This document shows positions 1-7,245 of a stretch of 26,164 bases of DNA, in pieces (position 1 is the first letter of the stretch; every line of letters starts with the position of its first letter). The stretch spans positions 1 to 26,164 of the IMG/VR virus record IMGVR_UViG_3300047283_000052; one strand, 5' to 3'. Made by a program: the position numbers and the translations under genes. The DNA comes from a virus (Duplodnaviria; Caudoviricetes). The notes under the pieces are model-generated. The model was not told where the DNA came from and did not search any database. It was given only the letters and a program-made list of their open reading frames with translations.

Positions 1-44
1 GGTTCGTCCATAAGGACTACATAGTAGAGGGAGAGGCAGCGTGA
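1..44 (+). CDS. 3' end of a hypothetical phage gene, truncated by the window edge
   Basis: Frame starting at 3 reads FVHKDYIVEGEAA then TGA at 42-44, overlapping the next GTG (GTGA). Confidence 0.4.
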   Translation, partial: FVHKDYIVEGEAA

Positions 45-118
45 CCCTGCGCCAATTCCTGCAAGATAATTTCGGCTGGGATATTTACGACTGGGCCGAC
101 GATGAGATTAGATTTTAA
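41..118 (+). CDS. Small 25-aa hypothetical protein (not in the ORF track)
   Basis: GGAGAGG SD upstream of GTG at 41; MTLRQFLQDNFGWDIYDWADDEIRF; TAA at 116-118 overlaps the next RBS. It fills the gap exactly. Confidence 0.55.
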   Translation: MTLRQFLQDNFGWDIYDWADDEIRF

Positions 119-129
119 GGAGCAAGCAA

Positions 130-342
130 ATGATTGATGCAAAACCACGCTGGACGGTAACGCTGACCTATTACCATGGGGATGGGCCACGCAGCAGCAC
201 AATCAACATCCACGAACTTTACGAGCTTCAAGACATCGTAGAGCGCGGACCTAACTTCTACGCCATTGAGAGTATCGTGATAGGGATTAACACTGATGCA
301 GACCACCCCAAGATGACCGTGGAAGAGGCGGCGAAGCAATGA
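130..342 (+). CDS. Hypothetical protein, 70 aa
   Basis: AAGGAG SD at 117-122, ATG start, ATGA overlap with the next ORF. Confidence 0.75.
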   Translation: MIDAKPRWTVTLTYYHGDGPRSSTINIHELYELQDIVERGPNFYAIESIVIGINTDADHPKMTVEEAAKQ

Positions 343-467
343 CCGCAAACAACTGGCTATTCATAGTAGTCATGGGGGTGCTGGGCCTAACAGGATACCT
401 CATCGCAACGCGCCCAACCATAACGCCAGAAGAACGTAAAGAGATGGAAGAGGAGTGGTGGGGCTAA
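339..467 (+). CDS. Small 42-aa single-pass membrane protein (not in the ORF track)
   Basis: MTANNWLFIVVMGVLGLTGYLIATRPTITPEERKEMEEEWWG; ATGA overlap upstream and TAATG overlap with the polymerase ATG; hydrophobic N-terminal helix. Confidence 0.7.
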   Translation: MTANNWLFIVVMGVLGLTGYLIATRPTITPEERKEMEEEWWG

Positions 468-2332
468 TGAACATCCTAACCATCGATTTCGAGACCTACT
501 ACGACCGGACTTTCTCGCTCTCCAAGATGACGACCGAGGAGTATATCCGGGACTCTCAGTTTGAGACTATTGGCGTAGCTGTAAGGCGTAACGACGAGGA
601 CACAGAGTTTTTCTCCGGAACCAAAGAGCAGACCAAAGAGTGGCTGGATAAATGGGAATGGGGTGACGCTGTAGCTGTAGCGCACAATGCTGTGTTCGAT
701 ATGGCTATCCTTAACTGGCACTTTGACATCCGACCCAAGCGTATCGTGGACACGCTATCCATGCTTCGCGCCATCGACGGGCCTGATGCGGGTAACAGTC
801 TTGCTAAAGCTGCCGAGAGATATGGGCTGGGCGTCAAGGGCGACGAGGTTATCAATGCACTGGGTAAGCGGCGGTTGGATTTCACACGAGAGGAAATGTA
901 TTACTACGGTAAATACTGCATGAACGACGTGAAGCTTACCTACGACCTGTTCAAACGTATAGCGGTTGGCTTTCCTGCTAGTGAGCTACGTCTAATCGAC
1001 CTGACCATCCGGATGTTCACCGAGCCTGTGCTTGAGTTGGACAAGTGGACCCTGACGTCTCACTTGGTGAAGGTGCAGAACTTGAAGACCCAACTGCTGA
1101 ACAAGGCAGTCATCTCCAAAGAGAACCTGATGTCCAACCCCAAGCTGGCCGAGACACTGACTAGCCTAGGCGTTGAGCCGCCTATGAAGATTAGCCCTAC
1201 CACGGGCAAGGAGACCTATGCGTTCGCCAAGAACGACGAGGCTTTTAAGGCGCTTCTGGAGCATGACAGCCCGATTGTGCAAGCCATTGTGGCTGCGCGG
1301 CTAGGTGTTAAGTCCACGTTGGAAGAGAGCCGCACCGAGCGGTTCATCAAGATAGCCGAGCGCGGTACGCTGCCTGTGCCTCTACGCTACTACGCTGCAC
1401 ATACTGGGCGATGGGGAGGAGACGATAAGGTCAACCTTCAAAACCTACCAAGGAAATCACCCTTGAAGAAAGCAATTCTGCCGCCCGAAGGCTATGAGTT
1501 CATTGACTGCGACTCATCGCAAATCGAAGCGCGGACGTTGGCGTGGCTGGCTGGGCAACAAGACTTGGTGGAGTTCTTTGATAAGAACAACGCAGAGGTT
1601 GCAGCGGGTGTGAAGAAAGAGGACATGCAGTACGACCCGTACAAAATCATGGCTTCCCAGATTTACGGCATACCCGTCGATGACATAACAGATGACCAGC
1701 GGTTTGTGGGTAAGACCACTATCCTTGGCTGTGGCTACGGCATGGGCGCTGCCAAGTTCAAGGCGCAGCTAAAGACGTTCAACGTCGATATGGAGTTGGA
1801 AGAGTGTGAGCGTATCATTCACGTTTATCGCGCTACCTACCCCATGATACCGCTTCTGTGGCAACAGGCTGGCCGTGCTTTGAAAGCTATGATGCGTAAT
1901 GCAACGGCTCCGCTTGGTTGTGGCGAAGCCCTCACGGTGTGCGGCACTGCCGGTATCAAGCTACCCAATGGCCTCTCCCTTAAGTACCCCAACCTGCGCG
2001 AGAAGGCGCTATTGGGGAGCAGCCACAAGGAGATAGTCTACGATACCAAGAAGGGTAGGGCTATTATCCCTACGCGGATATATGGCGGGAAGCTTATCGA
2101 GAACGTATGCCAAGCACTAGCTCGTATCATAATCGGTGAGCAGATGCTGATGATTGCCCGTAAGTTGCGCGTGGTGATGACCGTGCATGACGCCGTGGGG
2201 GCGATTGCTCCTACCGAGAAAGCGGATGAGGCGCGGCGGTTCGTCGAGGACTGTATGCGTATACGCCCAAAGTGGGCGACGGCACTGCCGTTAAACTGTG
2301 AAAGCCACATAGGAGAAAGTTATGGCGGTTAA
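467..2332 (+). CDS. polA: Phage DNA polymerase, family A (3'-5' exonuclease plus polymerase, no 5'-3' exonuclease)
   Basis: ExoI IDFET, ExoII HNAVFD, ExoIII YCMND; HTGRWGG..NLQNLP; motif A DSSQIEAR; motif B RFVGKTTILGCGYG; motif C VHDA. ATG at 467 preferred over GTG 455. Confidence 0.96.
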   Translation: MNILTIDFETYYDRTFSLSKMTTEEYIRDSQFETIGVAVRRNDEDTEFFSGTKEQTKEWLDKWEWGDAVAVAHNAVFDMAILNWHFDIRPKRIVDTLSMLRAIDGPDAGNSLAKAAERYGLGVKGDEVINALGKRRLDFTREEMYYYGKYCMNDVKLTYDLFKRIAVGFPASELRLIDLTIRMFTEPVLELDKWTLTSHLVKVQNLKTQLLNKAVISKENLMSNPKLAETLTSLGVEPPMKISPTTGKETYAFAKNDEAFKALLEHDSPIVQAIVAARLGVKSTLEESRTERFIKIAERGTLPVPLRYYAAHTGRWGGDDKVNLQNLPRKSPLKKAILPPEGYEFIDCDSSQIEARTLAWLAGQQDLVEFFDKNNAEVAAGVKKEDMQYDPYKIMASQIYGIPVDDITDDQRFVGKTTILGCGYGMGAAKFKAQLKTFNVDMELEECERIIHVYRATYPMIPLLWQQAGRALKAMMRNATAPLGCGEALTVCGTAGIKLPNGLSLKYPNLREKALLGSSHKEIVYDTKKGRAIIPTRIYGGKLIENVCQALARIIIGEQMLMIARKLRVVMTVHDAVGAIAPTEKADEARRFVEDCMRIRPKWATALPLNCESHIGESYGG

Positions 2333-2540
2333 AGGAGTTAGGGTTAATGCCGAGCGAGACCTAGCAATCCATAGGGAACGCAAGGAGCAAGGAACCACGT
2401 TCGCAGCCTTGGGGCGAAAGTATGGGATTACCTGTGAGCGAGCGCGTCAGGTTGTAGGTAGGGAAGACCGCCGAGCAGCACAGCAAGCCCGTATTGACGA
2501 GGCACGTAAGCAGAGAGAAGGAGCAGACCATGTTGGTTAA
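2322..2540 (+). CDS. Sigma70 region 4.2-like HTH protein
   Basis: TFAALGRKYGITCERARQVV aligns without gaps to RpoD TLEEVGKQFDVTRERIRQIE; AGGAG SD at about 2310. Confidence 0.75.
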   Translation: MAVKGVRVNAERDLAIHRERKEQGTTFAALGRKYGITCERARQVVGREDRRAAQQARIDEARKQREGADHVG

Positions 2541-2931
2541 ACCTACAAATGAAACGCTGATTGACGACCTAGAGCTATCGGTACGGACGGCCAACTGCCT
2601 CCTTGGTATGTACAGAGACATACACGGGTGGCGACCATTTGAGCCAGCTGGCACGTTGCCCCTGCCAAAGGTTAAAGACCTGAGGCACATATCAGATGAA
2701 GAGATGCTGCGGACCCCTAACTTTGGTAGGAAGTCATTGGTCGAATGGAAACACATACTTTGGCTTGTTGACGAACCAGAGGGGACAACTGCCTCTAGCG
2801 AGTACCACACAATCCAAGAATTAAGGGATACCCTTTCACGTATCGACAGAACACGCAATGAGCTTGGTAGCTTTGTGCGCCGTGCGCGGGACCTTGTGGA
2901 TACGCTAGAGAAACTAGGAGCAGACCGATGA
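2530..2931 (+). CDS. RNA polymerase alpha subunit CTD-like protein with a C-terminal coiled coil
   Basis: IDDLELSVRTANCL...DL...EEMLRTPNFGRKSL matches the RpoA CTD signature; AAGGAG SD at 2518 supports ATG 2530. Confidence 0.88.
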   Translation: MLVKPTNETLIDDLELSVRTANCLLGMYRDIHGWRPFEPAGTLPLPKVKDLRHISDEEMLRTPNFGRKSLVEWKHILWLVDEPEGTTASSEYHTIQELRDTLSRIDRTRNELGSFVRRARDLVDTLEKLGADR

Positions 2932-3425
2932 GCGAACCACATGAGGTAGTAAAACTGCTACTAAAGCGGATGGAGAGTCATCCGGAGGAGTTTAAGAGTC
3001 ACGCAGACCGTTGGGATAGGGTTTTATCAGAGGTACTCGAACATGGGAACGAGGCCGATACAGCGGCAATCAACGCCGCTATGCGCGACATCCGGCTGAG
3101 CGAAGCCCACGAAGATATGATGGACGAGCTTTGCAATGGCGACGAGCGCCGCCGCAAGGAAGCGGAAGAGCATGAGTACGAGCGTAACCTTGCAAAGTCA
3201 CTGCTACTTACGAAGCAGCAGATGATGCAACAGGCGCAGCAAGGTTTACAGAACGCCTACTCAAACGCGTACGACGTGGACCGTGATATGTACCGGAGCG
3301 CAGGGGTTACACACATAGCGGGGCGGTCTCCGAACAGTCTACCTATAGCTAACGGCAGCACAGGCGCTACCCTTCCAAAATCAGCCATCAATCAAATCAA
3401 ACAAGCGCTAGGAATTAAAAAATGA
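2928..3425 (+). CDS. Hypothetical helical protein, 165 aa
   Basis: AGGAG SD, ATGA overlaps at both ends. Confidence 0.8.
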   Translation: MSEPHEVVKLLLKRMESHPEEFKSHADRWDRVLSEVLEHGNEADTAAINAAMRDIRLSEAHEDMMDELCNGDERRRKEAEEHEYERNLAKSLLLTKQQMMQQAQQGLQNAYSNAYDVDRDMYRSAGVTHIAGRSPNSLPIANGSTGATLPKSAINQIKQALGIKK

Positions 3426-4024
3426 GCGAGTATCAATTCACCAAGGACTGGTTCAACTGGGCACCGGAGGTCTGGCAACAGCTTATCCCGCACCTGCCAG
3501 AGCGTAAGGCTTTCCTTGAGATTGGTTCCTTTGAGGGCCGCAGCACCACTTGGATTGTTGAGAACATGATGGAGGATGGCGGTTGGATTGACTGCGTCGA
3601 TACATGGGAAGGTGGCGAGGAGCATGACGAAGAAGACATGGATGCAGTCTTACTTCGTTTCCGTGCTAATGCTAAGCTATTAGGAGCAAAGTACCCCGCC
3701 CGCACCGTGTGTGAACACCGAGAAACGTCCCAATGGACGTTGGCGCAATTCGTTGCCAAGACGTTTGGGAGCCACATCTACGACTTCATCTACATCGACG
3801 GGAGCCACATCGCCAAGGATGTGCTGACCGATGCGTGTATGGCTTGGCCATTGCTCAAGCCCAAGGGGATGATGGTGTTTGATGACTATCTATGGACACC
3901 GAACGCACGTGACATCTTGCACCGCCCTAAAGCAGCCATCGACGCCTTCACCAACATCTTCGCAGAGGAGGCAGAGATTGTCCACGTTGGATACCAGTTA
4001 GTCGTACGCAAGAAGGAGGAGTGA
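3422..4024 (+). CDS. Class I SAM-dependent methyltransferase (Methyltransf_24-like)
   Basis: FLEIGSFEGRST (motif I), YDFIYIDGSH, LLKPKGMMVFDDY. Confidence 0.9.
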   Translation: MSEYQFTKDWFNWAPEVWQQLIPHLPERKAFLEIGSFEGRSTTWIVENMMEDGGWIDCVDTWEGGEEHDEEDMDAVLLRFRANAKLLGAKYPARTVCEHRETSQWTLAQFVAKTFGSHIYDFIYIDGSHIAKDVLTDACMAWPLLKPKGMMVFDDYLWTPNARDILHRPKAAIDAFTNIFAEEAEIVHVGYQLVVRKKEE

Positions 4025-4026
4025 GT

Positions 4027-4230
4027 ATGTTTGATATAGCAAGCTTCGTGGTTGGATTTTTCAGTGGTGGGTTCCTCGGTGCCGTTGCCGCTATTATCGT
4101 AAAGACAGTATACATTAACCAGCTTGAAACCGACGTCTTGATACGCGACATGCTTATCGATGACGCGCAGAAAAAGCTGCGTAGGCTAACAGAACGCGAC
4201 TCCAGAGGGCGTTTCACAGGAGGTAAGTAG
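4027..4230 (+). CDS. Small membrane protein with C-terminal RDSRGRF motif
   Basis: AGGAGGAG SD; hydrophobic FVVGFFSGGFLGAVAAIIV segment; GTG 4021 is an alternative start. Confidence 0.75.
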   Translation: MFDIASFVVGFFSGGFLGAVAAIIVKTVYINQLETDVLIRDMLIDDAQKKLRRLTERDSRGRFTGGK

Positions 4231-4391
4231 TGCCCAAAAAAGTATGGACCCCAGAAAGGGATGCCGAATTATTGGAGTATTACAAGCACGGCCTAAGGCC
4301 AGCATATATAGCGGAACGAATGGGGCTTACGATTGCCGCCGTGGAAGGTCGCTATTACAAACTAAAGAGAAAGCAAAAAGCAAATGACTGA
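4230..4391 (+). CDS. 53-aa GcrA N-terminal-like / Myb-like HTH protein (not in the ORF track)
   Basis: AGGAGGT SD at 4218-4224, GTG overlapping the previous TAG; MPKKVWTPERDAELLEYYKHGLRPAYIAERMGLTIAAVEGRYYKL follows the WTxER..L..GL...IA..LG.T..AV.G pattern. Confidence 0.75.
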   Translation: MPKKVWTPERDAELLEYYKHGLRPAYIAERMGLTIAAVEGRYYKLKRKQKAND

Positions 4392-5142
4392 AGAAAAACG
4401 CCCAAGCCTGATGATTGCCACACCCATGTATGGGGGCATGTGTACAGGACACTATGTGCAAGGCTTGTTGATGACCATGAACAAGATGCGTGAGATTGGC
4501 GTCAACGTGGCATGGTGTCAGATTATGAACGAGAGCCTCATCACCCGTGCCCGTAACGAACTGGCCCGTGTGTTTCTTGAGAGCGACCATGACTATCTGA
4601 TGTTCATCGACGCCGACATTGGGTTCGATGGTGAAGCCATTGCGCACTTGATGCTGGCCGACAAAGATATCGTGTGCGGCATCTACCCCAAGAAGGAAGT
4701 GAACTGGGACAGCGTCAACCGCGCAGCAGTTGCCGGTAAGAAAGACCTAGAAGCCTATGCGGGGGCCTTTGTGTTCAACATGGTTGGGGGCGAAGACGCG
4801 CACAGCGACGAGGCAGGATGCATCGAGGTCCGCCATGGTGGCACTGGCTTCATGCTCATCAAACGGGGAGTGTTCGAGCATCTTATACCCCACGTTCCTA
4901 CCTACCGCATATCGTCGTTCAAAGACCCAGAGACAGACGAGTACGTCAAGCCTTTGACCCACGAGTTTTTCGCTACCAGCATAGACGCCAGCGGCGCGTT
5001 GCTAAGCGAAGATTACCATTTTTGCGAACTGTGGCGCAACCACGGTGGCAAAATACACGCCCACCCGTTCATCAAGCTGCACCATGTAGGCACGTATGTG
5101 TTTGGTGGTGACATCCTGCAGAGCGGCGGCAATCTTAAATAA
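4384..5142 (+). CDS. GT-A fold (GT2-like) glycosyltransferase
   Basis: LMIATPMYGG, NESLITRARN, MFIDAD (DxD), GTGFMLIKR, LSEDYHFC. Confidence 0.85.
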   Translation: MTEEKRPSLMIATPMYGGMCTGHYVQGLLMTMNKMREIGVNVAWCQIMNESLITRARNELARVFLESDHDYLMFIDADIGFDGEAIAHLMLADKDIVCGIYPKKEVNWDSVNRAAVAGKKDLEAYAGAFVFNMVGGEDAHSDEAGCIEVRHGGTGFMLIKRGVFEHLIPHVPTYRISSFKDPETDEYVKPLTHEFFATSIDASGALLSEDYHFCELWRNHGGKIHAHPFIKLHHVGTYVFGGDILQSGGNLK

Positions 5143-5154
5143 GGAGCAAATGAA

Positions 5155-5646
5155 ATGCAGAGAAAGAAAATATTAGGCGATAAGGTTATCAAGCTGTTGA
5201 AGCAGGGTTACTCACCTAGGGAAGTCACCCAGCGTATGGCGGTAAGCTACAACTACGCATGGAAGCTATGGAAGGATATGAGAGACCAAGCACAGGGTGA
5301 AGTCAAAGCCGCAGTTGAAGCTGTACAGGAAGCTGTACAGGGACTTAAGCCCGGAGAGTTTGTCCAAGCTGATACTAACGTAGACGCAATCCTCAACGAG
5401 CGTGCGGGTAACTATGGGCCGTTTGCTACTCAAGCAAAGATTGCACAGCGGCTGAAACATGTAGCTCACACTGCGGCTGGCGAACAAGGTAAGACCTTCG
5501 CTACCGACCAAGCCGAAGCACTGGACATGATATTCAGCAAGATTGGGCGTATCCTTAACGGTAACCCCGACCATGTAGATAGCTGGACCGATATAGCCGG
5601 ATATGCTACGTTAGTGGCTGACCGTCTCCAAGGGAAAATCAGATAG
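5155..5646 (+). CDS. N-terminal HTH-like segment fused to a DUF6378 / nucleotide-modification-associated-like helical domain
   Basis: ILNERAGNYG...KIGRILNG.PDHVDSWTDIAGYATL pattern; N-terminal GYSPREVTQRMAVSYNYAW; AAGGAG SD at 5141. Confidence 0.7.
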   Translation: MQRKKILGDKVIKLLKQGYSPREVTQRMAVSYNYAWKLWKDMRDQAQGEVKAAVEAVQEAVQGLKPGEFVQADTNVDAILNERAGNYGPFATQAKIAQRLKHVAHTAAGEQGKTFATDQAEALDMIFSKIGRILNGNPDHVDSWTDIAGYATLVADRLQGKIR

Positions 5647-5647
5647 C

Positions 5648-6322
5648 ATGACAGCGTGGTCCTACAGCAGCATCAAGACTTTCGAGCAATGCCCGAAGAA
5701 ATACTTCCACCTCAAAGTTGTGAAGGACGTCAAGGACGAGCCGGGAGAAGCCGCTGATTACGGGACCGCTGTACATTTAGCTGCCGAAGAGTTCATCCGA
5801 GATGGCAAGCCTGTCCCCGATAAGTTTGCGTATATGCGACCTATTGTGGAACGGCTTGCCAGTTTCTCCGGTGAGAAGCGTACCGAGATGAAGGTGGGTA
5901 TCCGGAAGACGGACACTGGCTACGAGCCTACTACCTTCTTCGCTAAGGACGTATGGTATCGCGGCATCATCGACTTGCTGATTATCAACGGTGAAAAGGC
6001 CCACCTACTCGACTATAAGACAGGTAAGAACGCCAAGTACGCTGATATGAAGCAGCTTGACCTGATGGCAGGTGCTATCTTCGTACATTATCCGCAGGTG
6101 CAGGAGATTAAATCCGGTCTGCTATATGTCGTATCAAATGAATTTCCTAAGAAAGTACACGTAAGAGAGAACATGGATCAGTATCTTTCCGTGTTTGATA
6201 CGCAGCTTGAGAACCTTAACGATGCGCTAGAAAATGGCGTGTTCAACCCGAAGTCTGGCCCTTTATGCGGCTGGTGTCCTGTGGTCGAGTGCGCACATTG
6301 GAGACCAAAGAGGAATAGATAA
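5648..6322 (+). CDS. PD-(D/E)XK (RecB/Cas4-like) exonuclease
   Basis: WSYSSIKTFEQCP, GTAVH, GIIDLL..LLDYKTG, C-terminal CGWCPVVEC (1+3 Cys, Fe-S-type arrangement). Confidence 0.9.
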   Translation: MTAWSYSSIKTFEQCPKKYFHLKVVKDVKDEPGEAADYGTAVHLAAEEFIRDGKPVPDKFAYMRPIVERLASFSGEKRTEMKVGIRKTDTGYEPTTFFAKDVWYRGIIDLLIINGEKAHLLDYKTGKNAKYADMKQLDLMAGAIFVHYPQVQEIKSGLLYVVSNEFPKKVHVRENMDQYLSVFDTQLENLNDALENGVFNPKSGPLCGWCPVVECAHWRPKRNR

Positions 6323-6690
6323 TGAGCAAACATGGATTTAAATTACTGAGCCGCGAGGAAATCAGGCAGCTGCCCATCGGCGCTACTGAGCGCGAACCAT
6401 ATGGTGCATATATCACGAAAGACGGTGAAGAGGTTCTGTTCGACCGAGGCTACAGCCCCATGCTGCGCCGCGATAAAGACAAGACCAACGTACGCAAAGC
6501 ATCTGGCTGGATTGATAACATCGCGGCGCAGGTGTGGTTCTATGAGGACGCAAATAGCCCACGGGGGCCGCGCCGTTTAAAGCGCACTAAGGATACCATT
6601 AGCCGCTGCGATATGGTGCTAGAAGCGTTCAACGCTGGGGAGTCAATCGCCCCCTATGTATGGAACGGAGATAAAAATGTCGTCCAATAA
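6322..6690 (+). CDS. Hypothetical protein, 122 aa
   Basis: TAATG overlap with the nuclease; GAGG SD. Confidence 0.7.
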   Translation: MSKHGFKLLSREEIRQLPIGATEREPYGAYITKDGEEVLFDRGYSPMLRRDKDKTNVRKASGWIDNIAAQVWFYEDANSPRGPRRLKRTKDTISRCDMVLEAFNAGESIAPYVWNGDKNVVQ

Positions 6691-6925
6691 TCAAGCTATG
6701 AGCAACGAAGCTACCGAAGACGATGCCGCAATGGCGTTTGTCCTACACGGCAAAATCGAAGAGTTAGTACGCAAGCACATACTGGAAGCCTTTAACGACC
6801 CCGACTTTATGGACCATCTGGCGATAGACTTTCTGCACCGCAAACTAGAAAAATATAGCTATGGCGGTGGGAGCTTTGCGCAAGCCGTTCGGGGTGTTAT
6901 AGCCCAGCAGATGAACAAATACTAA
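6677..6925 (+). CDS. Hypothetical protein
   Basis: GGAG SD at 6667-6670 supports ATG 6677 rather than 6656. Confidence 0.7.
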   Translation: MSSNNQAMSNEATEDDAAMAFVLHGKIEELVRKHILEAFNDPDFMDHLAIDFLHRKLEKYSYGGGSFAQAVRGVIAQQMNKY

Positions 6926-6936
6926 GGACGCTACCC

Positions 6937-7245
6937 ATGCCTTACAAAGACCCTAAGGACCGCAAGTATAACGGCGCTGCCGCAGCCTACGGGGCGCAGC
7001 CGGAGCAGAAGAAGAACCGCGCTGCGCGTAACGCCGCCCGTGCCAAGCTGATGAAGGCCGGTAAGGTCAAGAAGGGTGATGGCAAGGATGTCGCACATAA
7101 GGTCGCCTTCGACAAAGGCGGTTCGAACAAGGGCGGTGTGCGCGTAGAGAGCGCGTCAACTAATAGGTCGTTTAAACGCGACAGCAAACGCAACCTTGTG
7201 TCAGAGGTTAGCAAGCGGGAGCGCAAAAAGCGTGGAGATAGTTGA
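6937..7245 (+). CDS. Basic HNH-like endonuclease
   Basis: GDGKDVAHK...KGGSN...VRVESASTNRS resembles the compact phage HNH pattern; very Lys/Arg rich; AAGGA SD. Confidence 0.7.
   Translation: MPYKDPKDRKYNGAAAAYGAQPEQKKNRAARNAARAKLMKAGKVKKGDGKDVAHKVAFDKGGSNKGGVRVESASTNRSFKRDSKRNLVSEVSKRERKKRGDS

Noticed and set aside
467-2332. Possible DpoZ / Z-genome polymerase
   Set aside because: No purZ or datZ-like gene in the window and no diagnostic feature I can verify by eye.
2361-2942. 193-aa - strand ORF
   Set aside because: Lies opposite two well-supported + strand genes with recognisable motifs.
5317-5340. Tandem 12-nt repeat GAAGCTGTACAG x2
   Set aside because: In-frame EAVQ duplication in a linker; only two copies, no spacer, not an array.
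5648-6322. Cas4-like nuclease as a sign of CRISPR
   Set aside because: No repeat-spacer array or other cas genes; solo PD-(D/E)XK nucleases are routine in phage replication modules.
6937-7245. HNH as a homing endonuclease in an intron or intein
   Set aside because: Free-standing with its own RBS; neighbouring genes are uninterrupted.
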